IMG/VR virus record: IMGVR_UViG_3300025930_000008
Coordinates: 32,001-96,000 of that record
Length of the DNA stretch: 64,000 bases
Direction: 5' to 3' (one strand)
Origin: a virus
Below are positions 35,489-45,205 of this stretch, in pieces. A model generated the notes under the pieces. The model did not search any database and was not told the origin of the DNA. It saw only the letters and a list, made by a program, of their open reading frames with translations. The position numbers were made by a program, and so were the translations under genes. Numbering within the stretch: the stretch's first letter is position 1; each line of letters begins with the position of its first letter.

Positions 35489-37338
35489 ACGATAAGCTAC
35501 TTAAGGAGATTGCACAGTCCGATGAGGCAGGCAATTGGCTCATTCTGGCACATCATCCTGACGCACCCGGCGCGTGGTTGGTACAGTCTCTTGACCCAAC
35601 TTTTTATCTGGATTTTGCCGATCTTATCGGTAGCGTACGTGCAGTTCGACCGTCCGCTCTACAGGATTTCCTTCGCCGTGCTGATAGTCTTGGATATCAT
35701 GTGGCTTTTGAGCGTGATCCGAGTGATGTACTTAGAGTTTATTCATCACTCAACGACGAACCAACCGTAGCGTTGTCGTCCACCCTGCCGGGGACTATCA
35801 AGGGGTTCCTCCCCTTTCAGATACAGGGCTTCAATTTCCTGAAAGACCTACCAGGGGGTGTCGCCATGTGGTCCACCGGGACCGGGAAAACCGTCCTGGC
35901 TTCCGCCCTCATCAAATACCACATTGATCTTGCCGACTTCGATCTTTGTTGGGTCGTCGTGAAGGCGCATAACAAGTTCAATACTGCACGCACCTTGGAG
36001 CGGTTGGCCCACATTGATTGTACGGTGCTGGACGGCCCAAAGGAACGCAGAGAGGAAGTTTTTGCTGACCTCTCTAAACTTGAAAGTGGTCCGACCGTAG
36101 TCGTCACTAACTATGAAAAGTTCCGCGTCGATGCTGGACATATCATCCCCCTGTTTGAAGGTCGTAGGGTGCTACTTATTTGGGATGAGATGCCGACGAA
36201 GTTGAAGTCTCGTAAGAGCCAGCTATACAAGAGCGTCCGCAAGGCTCTTTACAAGAAAATGGACTTGTCTGTCCCCCGTCCTACCGCCACTAGGCAGTAC
36301 ATGTTGTCGGCTACTCCGATTGAGAACAACCCGGAGGATTGGTACAACTGTGTCAGACTATTAGACCCAAAAATCTACGGGTCGATAAAATCATTTCGGG
36401 ACGAGTATGTCCAGTCCTATAATCCGTTTAGCCATGAACCGGCTGTCTGGAAAAATCTGGACAGGATGGGCCTCAAGGCGTCCAAGATCACTCATCAGGT
36501 CGATAAGACTTCGCCGGGGATTGCCGAGCAGTTTCCCAAGGTTATTGAGGAACCGTATTACATCGACTGGAACAAGGAACATAAAGTCCTGTACGAGTGG
36601 CTGACCGCTGAGGCGAAGGATAAGGCCAATTCTACGTTCACCCAGGACGGGGTTCTAGGTTTGATCCACGTCTTGCAGATGATGTGCTGCGCGCCTAGTA
36701 TGGTCCAGAATAGTGCTAGTGCGCGTCTTGACTATGAGTTGGGATTCCTCAAGTCTAAGGCGGGATCAGTAGCGGCTAAAGAGTTTATACTATTACTAAA
36801 CAAAAATCTACAGGACCAAAATTTTTCTAAGCTGGAAACCCTAAAGCACTTACTACTGGAACAGCATCCCGATGAGAAGGTTGTAATCTTCTCAAGTTTC
36901 AATGACACCTTGATGCCGATTCTCTCCGACAACCTGAATCAGTGGGGCATCCAGCACGTCCGCTACAATGGTACGGCTCAGCAGAAGCAGGTTGCACAGG
37001 ACTATTTTCAACAAGAAGATTTCGTAAAAGTTTTCTTATCATCAGATCAAGGCTCTGACTCAATCAGCTTAGAGCAGGCATCTGTTGTAATACACTACGA
37101 TCTTCCGTGGAAGTGGTCTACCTATATACAACGTCAGAACAGGATTCATAGGGTCGTTTCCCCACACCAGCACGTACGATTCTATACCCTCATGATGGTC
37201 GATTCCGTCGAGGAACGCAAGATGAAGGTTATCTCCAAGAAGCACCAATACCATGACGGCGTATTCAAGGGCGACGTTTCACATCAGTCCGAGTCGGCTC
37301 GTATGACCCGTGAGGACTTGTTGTATATCCTCGGCTAG
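35467..37338 (+). CDS. SNF2-family helicase
   Basis: TGTGKT, WDE, SATPIEN, QRQNRIHR. Confidence 0.9.
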   Translation: MGTYSLLDDKLLKEIAQSDEAGNWLILAHHPDAPGAWLVQSLDPTFYLDFADLIGSVRAVRPSALQDFLRRADSLGYHVAFERDPSDVLRVYSSLNDEPTVALSSTLPGTIKGFLPFQIQGFNFLKDLPGGVAMWSTGTGKTVLASALIKYHIDLADFDLCWVVVKAHNKFNTARTLERLAHIDCTVLDGPKERREEVFADLSKLESGPTVVVTNYEKFRVDAGHIIPLFEGRRVLLIWDEMPTKLKSRKSQLYKSVRKALYKKMDLSVPRPTATRQYMLSATPIENNPEDWYNCVRLLDPKIYGSIKSFRDEYVQSYNPFSHEPAVWKNLDRMGLKASKITHQVDKTSPGIAEQFPKVIEEPYYIDWNKEHKVLYEWLTAEAKDKANSTFTQDGVLGLIHVLQMMCCAPSMVQNSASARLDYELGFLKSKAGSVAAKEFILLLNKNLQDQNFSKLETLKHLLLEQHPDEKVVIFSSFNDTLMPILSDNLNQWGIQHVRYNGTAQQKQVAQDYFQQEDFVKVFLSSDQGSDSISLEQASVVIHYDLPWKWSTYIQRQNRIHRVVSPHQHVRFYTLMMVDSVEERKMKVISKKHQYHDGVFKGDVSHQSESARMTREDLLYILG

Positions 37339-38516
37339 CTTAGCCTATAGCTGATGCCGTCGAGGCAGAACCATTTGCCGGAAGGTCCGCTGAAAACGTT
37401 ATTACTAAGAGGGGTAATTCCTCCCGCCGTGTCTATCTGCACATATGGCATGATATTGCTTCCGTATATATTACTGGCGGCGTAAGCCGTCACCTGTTGA
37501 GTTGGTCTGACAGCAGCAGGTAGCGTCGCCTGACTACCGAAGGCGGTAATATTGATACAACCGCTCAGATATACTGTGCCCATGTAAACGGTATACTGTG
37601 GTGGGCCATAGCCTGTTGCTCCGGCTCCTGTAGCACCATTGATTAGCGTTATAGCAACGGGATTATCAGGCACAACAAGATTATCTGGCAGGGAGGCAGT
37701 AACTGGATTGAGAGAACCTATTGTGACATTGCTTTGGACCGAACCCATTGGAACAATCCAGCGAAGAGATGAGATATAAGCGTCAGCAGCATTGGTCACC
37801 GCAGTTTTTAGAATAATTTTATTGGGCGAACCGGGTGTCACATCGGCGATACCATGTGCCTCTGCGCTCGTCAAAACAACTGGAAATCCAGAGGTGGCTC
37901 CAGGCATCCAACCTCCGGGCATGGTGACCATAGTTGTTCCGGTGGCCTTTGAGGTGGTTGTACTTAGGAATCCATCACATTGAGCTAAACCATTAGGTTC
38001 AATCCACACCTCCCCTGTGCCGACCCAGGCGCTATTAACCATAAAGTTGTCGGATACACTGCTGGGGCCTACCGTCAGAATAGGAGCATTAGCTGCGATA
38101 GCTCCTATCTTGCGACTGGTCCAAGGTATCCAACTTATATAACGGATTCCGTCTAATCCAATGTGATTCCATGAACCGTTACCAACGGGTATGATCGGAA
38201 AGACGGTTATATTTCCGTTATTCTCATCTACAGTGATACTTGTCGCATCGTTCCGGGCAGCGATAGTCGTAACTGGAAATTTACACGTTTGCAGAGGTTG
38301 ATAATTGCTTTCAATGGTGGCAACAATCGTATTGGTAGCGTTGGTACCGTCAATCGTACCTCTAAGGTGAACGGTCCCCATACGATCTTTATAGTAACCA
38401 ACACTGGTCCCGCCTTGAGCCACCCATCCATTCAAAAGCGTGAGTGGACGCCACGGGTCTAACTCGTTACTCGCGGTGATACTTGTAGAAACCGGGAGAA
38501 GTGTCCCAAACGACAT
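37335..38516 (-). CDS. Tail-fibre/receptor-binding protein with three beta-sandwich repeats
   Basis: Repeated L.NG...G.V.L.G...LP...RP...LDGI.Y modules. Confidence 0.65.
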   Translation of the reverse strand: MSFGTLLPVSTSITASNELDPWRPLTLLNGWVAQGGTSVGYYKDRMGTVHLRGTIDGTNATNTIVATIESNYQPLQTCKFPVTTIAARNDATSITVDENNGNITVFPIIPVGNGSWNHIGLDGIRYISWIPWTSRKIGAIAANAPILTVGPSSVSDNFMVNSAWVGTGEVWIEPNGLAQCDGFLSTTTSKATGTTMVTMPGGWMPGATSGFPVVLTSAEAHGIADVTPGSPNKIILKTAVTNAADAYISSLRWIVPMGSVQSNVTIGSLNPVTASLPDNLVVPDNPVAITLINGATGAGATGYGPPQYTVYMGTVYLSGCINITAFGSQATLPAAVRPTQQVTAYAASNIYGSNIMPYVQIDTAGGITPLSNNVFSGPSGKWFCLDGISYRLS

Positions 38517-39040
38517 TATGTACCTATAATGCCAAGGTCCCTAAGGACTTTAGCCATTTCAGAGACATAGCGAATAGTATCATTGAGCGTTGAAGTTGAA
38601 CTCAACTGCGTCTTGCCCGTGCCTATGGCTGGGGGAGAAATGGAAGCGCCCCAGCCCGTGCTTTGGTTCACGGGCGCAGCGTTATAGAATCCTGCCTGTG
38701 TTCCCTGATGGACCAAAGGACCCTGGAAGGTTGATGTGCCTGTAAAGGTCGGGCCAGCTTTAGGAGCCAGGGCGAGGATGGTCGTACCACTGGTCGCCTC
38801 AAATTGCTGGTTATATGTGGCAAAGCCAGCGCCAGAAATCCTGAGGTCGTAAGAGCCTTCGTTGACCCACGCCTCAACGCGCCCGTTCACAGTAGGTACG
38901 GCGGCGCTGATAGGACTACCCGATGAGTTATACACCGCAGCGTCCGTTTCAGATCCGCGTAGCTTGACGGTGAGCGTGCCACTGGCGGCTGTACCGTCCG
39001 AAATCTTTTGGATCATTACGTCGATCTTTACAAGAGCCAT
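38516..39040 (-). CDS. Minor tail protein
   Basis: APKAGPTFTG fibre motif; coupled ORF. Confidence 0.55.
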   Translation of the reverse strand: MALVKIDVMIQKISDGTAASGTLTVKLRGSETDAAVYNSSGSPISAAVPTVNGRVEAWVNEGSYDLRISGAGFATYNQQFEATSGTTILALAPKAGPTFTGTSTFQGPLVHQGTQAGFYNAAPVNQSTGWGASISPPAIGTGKTQLSSTSTLNDTIRYVSEMAKVLRDLGIIGT

Positions 39041-39058
39041 ACGTTTATTAAGTTCCGA

Positions 39059-39523
39059 TTAGACCCAAATTAGACCTTCGCCAACACGGAAAGAGTCTCC
39101 CGTAGAACGTAGCATTGGGTTGAGGCTGCCCCAGGCAACTCGACCTTGATCGTCAGTTACCCTAAGATGGACGATAATATCTTGACCGCCATATGTATAT
39201 GTGTAATTGACTGGATTACCTACGCCTTGAGAGCCATCTCCGAAATCCCATAACCATTCGACCGGAGTGAATGGATCATAAACCGTAAGAGAACCGGTCA
39301 TAACCAGGGGTTGGCCCGCATCATGGTAGTACATTGTGGGGGCGTTATCATATGTATAACTACCATAATTTGTGCTAACGGAGACTACCTCTGCATTAGG
39401 GCTAATAACAATATTAACAGATGGCAAGAGGTATTTGAGAGGGATCGAATTGATCGACTCTACTGCCTCTGATGTAGTATATTTACGAATAGGTGGCACG
39501 ACGACTGATATTATGGGTTCCAA
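39059..39523 (-). CDS. PKD-domain virion protein
   Basis: WLWDFGDG...YTY...LRVTDDQG. Confidence 0.8.
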   Translation of the reverse strand: MEPIISVVVPPIRKYTTSEAVESINSIPLKYLLPSVNIVISPNAEVVSVSTNYGSYTYDNAPTMYYHDAGQPLVMTGSLTVYDPFTPVEWLWDFGDGSQGVGNPVNYTYTYGGQDIIVHLRVTDDQGRVAWGSLNPMLRSTGDSFRVGEGLIWV

Positions 39524-42360
39524 ACAAAACGACCAAGCTGCGCATACTGCGGCTTGACGTAGATTTTGTCGATGTTTATTCCTTGCTTGAGCGCTTGCGC
39601 CCTGATCTGAATGAAGTTTCCACGGGTTCCAAAGAGAACTCCGTTGTCGTTATTTACGAGGCTGCGGAAATCAATCCAGTTATTACCGCCACGACCCCAA
39701 GGATCTAGCGCTTCTGATCTACCCGAGTAGGCTACGCTTCGTTCCATGAAGTAAAGATTATCTACCCACCATGTAAAGTCGCCATTCATCTGCATCAGGA
39801 CAAATCTATACTTGCCTGACATTTGATTAGATGCGCCAGAAGCATACACTCGGAAGGTCTGCCAACGGTTATCTACCCCGCGAGTCATGACTAGAGGGAT
39901 AAGCATTCCCCGTTCATTCAACAACCCTGGTAGGAAGTTATTAGCCCCACCCGTAGCTGTATAGAGGTCGAAGAAAATTTCTGTATTGTTGAAATCTTCA
40001 AATGTATGGAAGTCTGTCCATAAGCCTTGGCCGGGAGTAGCTGCCACGCGGACTGAACCGTCTGCTGAACGGGTCACTCGGGTATCCGCGAAAATTTCTG
40101 AGCCGAATGCCGCAGAGGTGTTTGGAATGATTGTTTGATCTGGTGTACTGCCGCTGTAAATGCGCGCACCCACAACAGGAGTGAAGGATTCAAAACTGTT
40201 TGTCATCACTTCGCCGTACATCATTCCACGACTGCGCACAGAATCAACGTAAGCGTCAGTGTCATGAAGGTCAATCTGCCAGCCGACACGCCCTCGTCTA
40301 CGCTTGAATAGGAAGTCATTGCGGACGCCGGTACTGTCAAACACAGGAGAACTAACGTCAATTGCCCCGTTAGGCTCAATCTCAAAAATCTTCAAAGTGA
40401 CTGTCGAGTCAATAACGTCGATACGGAAAGTGTAAGATGTATTGGCTGTCAAAGTGGCAGGCCAGTAATAACGTTCATCATCGTTCAGTGTCTCTGTAGT
40501 TGACAACTCAACCTGATTGAACAAACCAAAGTTCAAAGTGATCTTGACCCAAGATGCTGAAATTGTGTCAACCAGTCGTTCCATTTCAGCCTGTGTCTTG
40601 GGGTCAAGGTTGCTCTGAGTAAGATTCTCCAAATCTGACTGTGGGCGTGGGTTATAACGAGCCTGACCATAATCCGGTTGCCTCATACGAGCGTTGAGCG
40701 ACGCTTGGTTCTCGCCATAACTTGGGACAACACCGGGGTCAGTGCCATCTAGGTCTAGCTGGGTCAAAAAGTCCTCGCGTCGGCCTCTGATATAAAGGTC
40801 AATCTTATTGTTAGCGGCCATAGACCCTGTAAAGAATGTCACTCCCATTCTGACATTGACAGGGCGAGGATCATCAGGGCCACCCGGATCGTCTAGGGTA
40901 GCGCGCCACACATGCGGAAGGGCGGCAGTAGGAACGGTGCCATCACGATTGATGGTTATACGCAAAACATTGTGTAGCGTATCTATGTCCAGTTTGGACA
41001 GAGAAATTTGGTCATCGCTTCCAAGGGCAGGCGGCGGTGGTGACCACGTAGGTGACAAGAATCTAAGCGCGGCTACAGTAATCGCCGCAGGCGAGGTTGG
41101 AGGATCAACGCCCGTGCCAACAATTTGGTTGATGAGAATATCAGACTTGGGCGTACCTGTATTATTCTCTACGTAGATAGAGAATCGAGCCGTGGTAAAC
41201 CCTGGTCCCTGTGGCCCTGTGGCGGTGCCTGTGACCTTAGAAGATAGGTCGCTGTGAAGCACCGTCCACGCTGATCCATCAGGACTGACTTCAAAATATA
41301 CAGTGCCACTGGCTTCGCGGATACGGAACCATTTATGGGCGACCGGATTATATACGTTCGTAGTGCCAGATGAGGTGGGCGGGGTGGCGCTACCAAATCC
41401 TAGCGTACAAATCAAATTGCCTGCGGCGTTGACATGCATGCTAGCTGTACCGTATTGAGGCTCTAGCTTGTACCAAAATTCAATGCCTGTAGGCATTGAG
41501 GTAATTTCAGCCGCTACGCTAGAGTTCAACATATTCCGGCGCTCTTTTCCAGAGAATTCCTCAGAAGAGTTTGCAGCCGTGGTCATATGTAGGCTGCCGC
41601 CAGATGTGAAAATTCTTGTCGGAGTGCCACCATCATCCCACTTTGAACGGTCAAGGCTTAAACTGAAGTCATCGTCAAAATTGTCAAAGGTCGGGCCTGA
41701 GGTAACAGAGGGTACAAAATGAAAGTGAACTGTGTCAAACGTATCTGGCACAGCAGAGGCCGGGAAAGTCAATTCTTGATTGCCATTGACAGATTGAATG
41801 TTAGTCAAGAAAATCTTCGTTGATCCTACCGGGGGGCCGGTGCCGCGATCAAAGTCATTAGGAACAAATTCTATATAGCTAAGGTTCTTATCTACATAGA
41901 GGCCAGGAAAATTGGGGAGTGTAATTGACAACTGCCAATCATCAGGCACTTGTGTGAAATCTAAAGGCGTTTCAATCTTTGACCAGGCGTCTATACCATT
42001 GGGTCCCGCTGGGGCATACATTGGCATGCTAAGGCGCAACGAAGGTAAACCTCCTAATGCCGAGTCAGCGCCATCTGGGAGCGGAGTGACACTGAATTCA
42101 TTACTGCTCCACGCTTCAGTTAGTGATACGTTGTGACTGTCAAAATCGCTCATGATGAAGTCGCCAAGTTCTGTAGGACCCACCAGCTTTTGAGACAATT
42201 CATACATCTGCCATTCGACTTCTGTATCAACCTTGAAGAACGAGCGAATGTCGGCATGCGCCTTTGACTTGTAGTAGTCGTACAGGGTAACGTCGTTCGT
42301 ATCGTAATACTGTAGGCGACCGAGAGGGTCGTCAAATGTCTCTGTGATCGGAACGGTCAT
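39511..42360 (-). CDS. Large baseplate/tail protein
   Basis: 949 aa in the baseplate operon, beta-rich. Confidence 0.65.
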   Translation of the reverse strand: MTVPITETFDDPLGRLQYYDTNDVTLYDYYKSKAHADIRSFFKVDTEVEWQMYELSQKLVGPTELGDFIMSDFDSHNVSLTEAWSSNEFSVTPLPDGADSALGGLPSLRLSMPMYAPAGPNGIDAWSKIETPLDFTQVPDDWQLSITLPNFPGLYVDKNLSYIEFVPNDFDRGTGPPVGSTKIFLTNIQSVNGNQELTFPASAVPDTFDTVHFHFVPSVTSGPTFDNFDDDFSLSLDRSKWDDGGTPTRIFTSGGSLHMTTAANSSEEFSGKERRNMLNSSVAAEITSMPTGIEFWYKLEPQYGTASMHVNAAGNLICTLGFGSATPPTSSGTTNVYNPVAHKWFRIREASGTVYFEVSPDGSAWTVLHSDLSSKVTGTATGPQGPGFTTARFSIYVENNTGTPKSDILINQIVGTGVDPPTSPAAITVAALRFLSPTWSPPPPALGSDDQISLSKLDIDTLHNVLRITINRDGTVPTAALPHVWRATLDDPGGPDDPRPVNVRMGVTFFTGSMAANNKIDLYIRGRREDFLTQLDLDGTDPGVVPSYGENQASLNARMRQPDYGQARYNPRPQSDLENLTQSNLDPKTQAEMERLVDTISASWVKITLNFGLFNQVELSTTETLNDDERYYWPATLTANTSYTFRIDVIDSTVTLKIFEIEPNGAIDVSSPVFDSTGVRNDFLFKRRRGRVGWQIDLHDTDAYVDSVRSRGMMYGEVMTNSFESFTPVVGARIYSGSTPDQTIIPNTSAAFGSEIFADTRVTRSADGSVRVAATPGQGLWTDFHTFEDFNNTEIFFDLYTATGGANNFLPGLLNERGMLIPLVMTRGVDNRWQTFRVYASGASNQMSGKYRFVLMQMNGDFTWWVDNLYFMERSVAYSGRSEALDPWGRGGNNWIDFRSLVNNDNGVLFGTRGNFIQIRAQALKQGINIDKIYVKPQYAQLGRFVWNP

Positions 42361-44006
42361 TACGGAGCCGGATTCGGGTTGAACGGGATATATTCTTCGT
42401 CTAAGAAATCGTTACGAAGAACGTTAGTGAAGTCTCCCAAATTTTCTACATACATGTCTTGATCGGATGCCGCTGTGTAGTGTTCTCGCGTGAAGGCAAT
42501 CTCTCGGACGCCTGCAAAATACGCCTTACCAGTTTCAAATTCTGCTTGCAATACCTTATAGGCGTGGCGACACGTTAGATAGAAGAACATGACGGGCATA
42601 TTCTGCTCAATCAAGACCGGCATACGATCCACACTAGACACCGCTGTGGTGTCTGCTCGCGTAACTGTGATCTGTTCTGTAGGATAGGGGCCAGTGGCAG
42701 ATGCTGTTACATACTGAGCCAACATACTGTCTAACTGGCTAGCCCTCTGCCCTGGCTGCTTGTAATACGGCTTCATTTCTACAGCGACCTGGGCTAGAGT
42801 ATTCGCGTCTAACAATCCCGTGTCAGGCGTATTCAAGAATGATGAGATATCTCCACCGCTAGGCGGTACCTCAATCCCCGTGTGTAGGTCATCAAGGTAA
42901 TAGTCATACGCTAGCTGTAGGGCGTCGTACACTACGCGCACACGACGGGCAATCACCGGGTCCTCAGTATTGTTCTGAGCATTGATCCTGGCGAGGAAAT
43001 AGGCCAGCACCCACTTGGGATGCTTTTTATATGTTACTGGCTGGTGGAAAGTTCCAGGCGAGTAGGACTGTGCCTGTAAATGCGTGAATTCTACCTTGAT
43101 GAACTTAGACGTGACAGGCTCGGGGAGCGGAATGTCAAGCCTGCGATCTAATTTGAAGTTATCGAAGATGGGGGTCCATAGCTTCTGCTCCCAATCAGCA
43201 TCATCAGTACCAGGGTCGCCGTCACTGCTGTAGTAAACAGTGCAGTAGACGCCCGGAGTAATTGGGTCGATAAGCATACGGTCGGTCACCCTTGCGTGGC
43301 CTAGACCGTCGCTTACATCGTAATACACTGACTCTACAGCGAACTTACTTGGGTTGGGTTTACTCATCCAAGCAGAATTTGTGTTGGTAGAGCCAACGGT
43401 ATCAGCATTGGAAATAGAATTACGCCTGACATAACCACGGTAACGATTACCAAGGAAGTCTGTACCAGAATCCCCCGAGGCGGTTAGCAAGCGGAAGGCC
43501 AAGTCTCCACCACCGTTTGTCCAAACCGGATCATGAGAATCGACCCCGAGCCGCATCTGAATCTCTGTCTGTTCCGTAGTCAGAGAAACAGGCTTGTTAA
43601 AGTAAGCTGTAATCCATACCTTGTCACCGATGTAGGGCGGCGGCTTCTGAACACTGCCCTGTGCTAGCTGCGTCCATTCTCCAAACTGATTGAATTCCAG
43701 CGTAAAGTTCACATAGAATGGCGGATACGGGAATGTCTCGTCTGTTTGAATACAAGCCTGTGCGCCGGTGATATCGGGCACATAGCCACCTGCTCGCGCT
43801 ATATCAACGGGCAGAAAGAATTCTGTCCATTTGGTAAAGCTACTGGCGTCTACCGTTGTAGTGGCGACGGGCTGATTGACTTCAATGCCGCTGAGGTATT
43901 CGTGCCGATATGTAGCATCAGGGGCAAAGATGGGGAATGGCGCAGTAGACGAACCAGGGACCGTCGTTGTAGACGGTAGCGTTGAAGTGGATGGATAAAC
44001 CGGCAT
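42360..44006 (-). CDS. Baseplate/minor tail protein
   Basis: 548 aa; context. Confidence 0.6.
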   Translation of the reverse strand: MPVYPSTSTLPSTTTVPGSSTAPFPIFAPDATYRHEYLSGIEVNQPVATTTVDASSFTKWTEFFLPVDIARAGGYVPDITGAQACIQTDETFPYPPFYVNFTLEFNQFGEWTQLAQGSVQKPPPYIGDKVWITAYFNKPVSLTTEQTEIQMRLGVDSHDPVWTNGGGDLAFRLLTASGDSGTDFLGNRYRGYVRRNSISNADTVGSTNTNSAWMSKPNPSKFAVESVYYDVSDGLGHARVTDRMLIDPITPGVYCTVYYSSDGDPGTDDADWEQKLWTPIFDNFKLDRRLDIPLPEPVTSKFIKVEFTHLQAQSYSPGTFHQPVTYKKHPKWVLAYFLARINAQNNTEDPVIARRVRVVYDALQLAYDYYLDDLHTGIEVPPSGGDISSFLNTPDTGLLDANTLAQVAVEMKPYYKQPGQRASQLDSMLAQYVTASATGPYPTEQITVTRADTTAVSSVDRMPVLIEQNMPVMFFYLTCRHAYKVLQAEFETGKAYFAGVREIAFTREHYTAASDQDMYVENLGDFTNVLRNDFLDEEYIPFNPNPAP

Positions 44007-44013
44007 AACATTA

Positions 44014-44139
44014 TTACTCTTGAGGCTGAGACTTAAGTTCTTCTAACTCTGCTTCTAGAGTTTTGATTTTTCCTTCTAGTATTCGTCGTTCTACTTCTAG
44101 ATCGCCAATGATAGCCAACAATGTATTTTGATCTACCAT
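44014..44139 (-). CDS. Small coiled-coil protein
   Basis: MVDQNTLLAIIGDLEVERRILEGKIKTLEAELEELK; TAATG coupling. Confidence 0.55.
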   Translation of the reverse strand: MVDQNTLLAIIGDLEVERRILEGKIKTLEAELEELKSQPQE

Positions 44140-45203
44140 TATCCTAGCTCTGCCCAGGGCTGAATTCCCGTACCACCGGAGGTTAGGGTGCCGGGTGTGC
44201 CAGTTGTGAATCCTGAGGCAGCGCGAGCCAATCCAAAGGTTCTCAGGCCGCGTGTACCGGACATACCGGAGACTCCTGAGGCTCCACGTAACTGTAGAGT
44301 AGTCCCCGACCAAGCTATTCCAAGATAAACTTGCTGCTGTTCAGTCAAAACTACAGGCGAGGCAAGCGCTACGTCATACACTGTGCTAGCCGCCGTAACT
44401 GTTCCGGAGAGATTCGCTGTGGCCTGTAGCAATGTGCCGGTAGAATCCCAGACTGCGCCACGTACATCGGTGAGAGCCGAAGGCGCGGTACCTCCTGTGC
44501 AGAACCGAATGTTGGTATAAGTTCCGGCTTTCATAGCGAAGGCTGCGACTCCATACATAGTGCCGCTGACCAGGGTCAGGGCTGTCTGCGCATGTAAATC
44601 ACTCATTGTCATCACATTGCTGGAACGACGCTTCAAGTGCAATTCGTTGAAATTGTTGCCTCCCGTGATGATATCGCCATCGGGGCCAACAACAAATCTT
44701 TCAACGCCATTCTGGCGGAAGTTCATCAGCTTGCCGGTAGTACCACCGACTTGTTCAGCGTCAAAGAAAATACCCTGGGCGGCTGTACCCGCTCCATTGC
44801 AGCGCAATGAGAGTACAGAGGCTCCACTGTCGTCAATAGAGCCGCCCGCCGTAGGACGATTGTGGGTAGCCTTGATCGTTCCCTTGCCTGTCTCATAGCC
44901 AGAGATACCAAAGGTGGTATCCATTGGGCCTACGTTAGAATAATCGTTACCCGTGACAAGCAGAACGTTTCCGTTAGACGGTGCAGCCCCCGTACGATTG
45001 ACGATAAGCAGATGGGTACTAGGAGCGCCTTGCACTCGCATAATCGCCTGACTGGTATCGGCAGTACCCGTGAAGGTATTGTTTCGCGTGAGACTACCGT
45101 CTGTGTATGTAGCTAGACGAGTCTCTAAATCCTCCATCGCTGCCGCTGAGAGGGGTGTGGTAGTCTCGGGAGCGTCTTTCCAATCTTTAACTGTAAATGC
45201 CAT
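44139..45203 (-). CDS. Tail spike with phage hyaluronate-lyase-like (HylP) segment
   Basis: GTIKATH...SVLSL...GTAAQGIF...GTTGKLMNFR...FVVGPDG. Confidence 0.65.
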   Translation of the reverse strand: MAFTVKDWKDAPETTTPLSAAAMEDLETRLATYTDGSLTRNNTFTGTADTSQAIMRVQGAPSTHLLIVNRTGAAPSNGNVLLVTGNDYSNVGPMDTTFGISGYETGKGTIKATHNRPTAGGSIDDSGASVLSLRCNGAGTAAQGIFFDAEQVGGTTGKLMNFRQNGVERFVVGPDGDIITGGNNFNELHLKRRSSNVMTMSDLHAQTALTLVSGTMYGVAAFAMKAGTYTNIRFCTGGTAPSALTDVRGAVWDSTGTLLQATANLSGTVTAASTVYDVALASPVVLTEQQQVYLGIAWSGTTLQLRGASGVSGMSGTRGLRTFGLARAASGFTTGTPGTLTSGGTGIQPWAELG

Positions 45204-45205
45204 AG

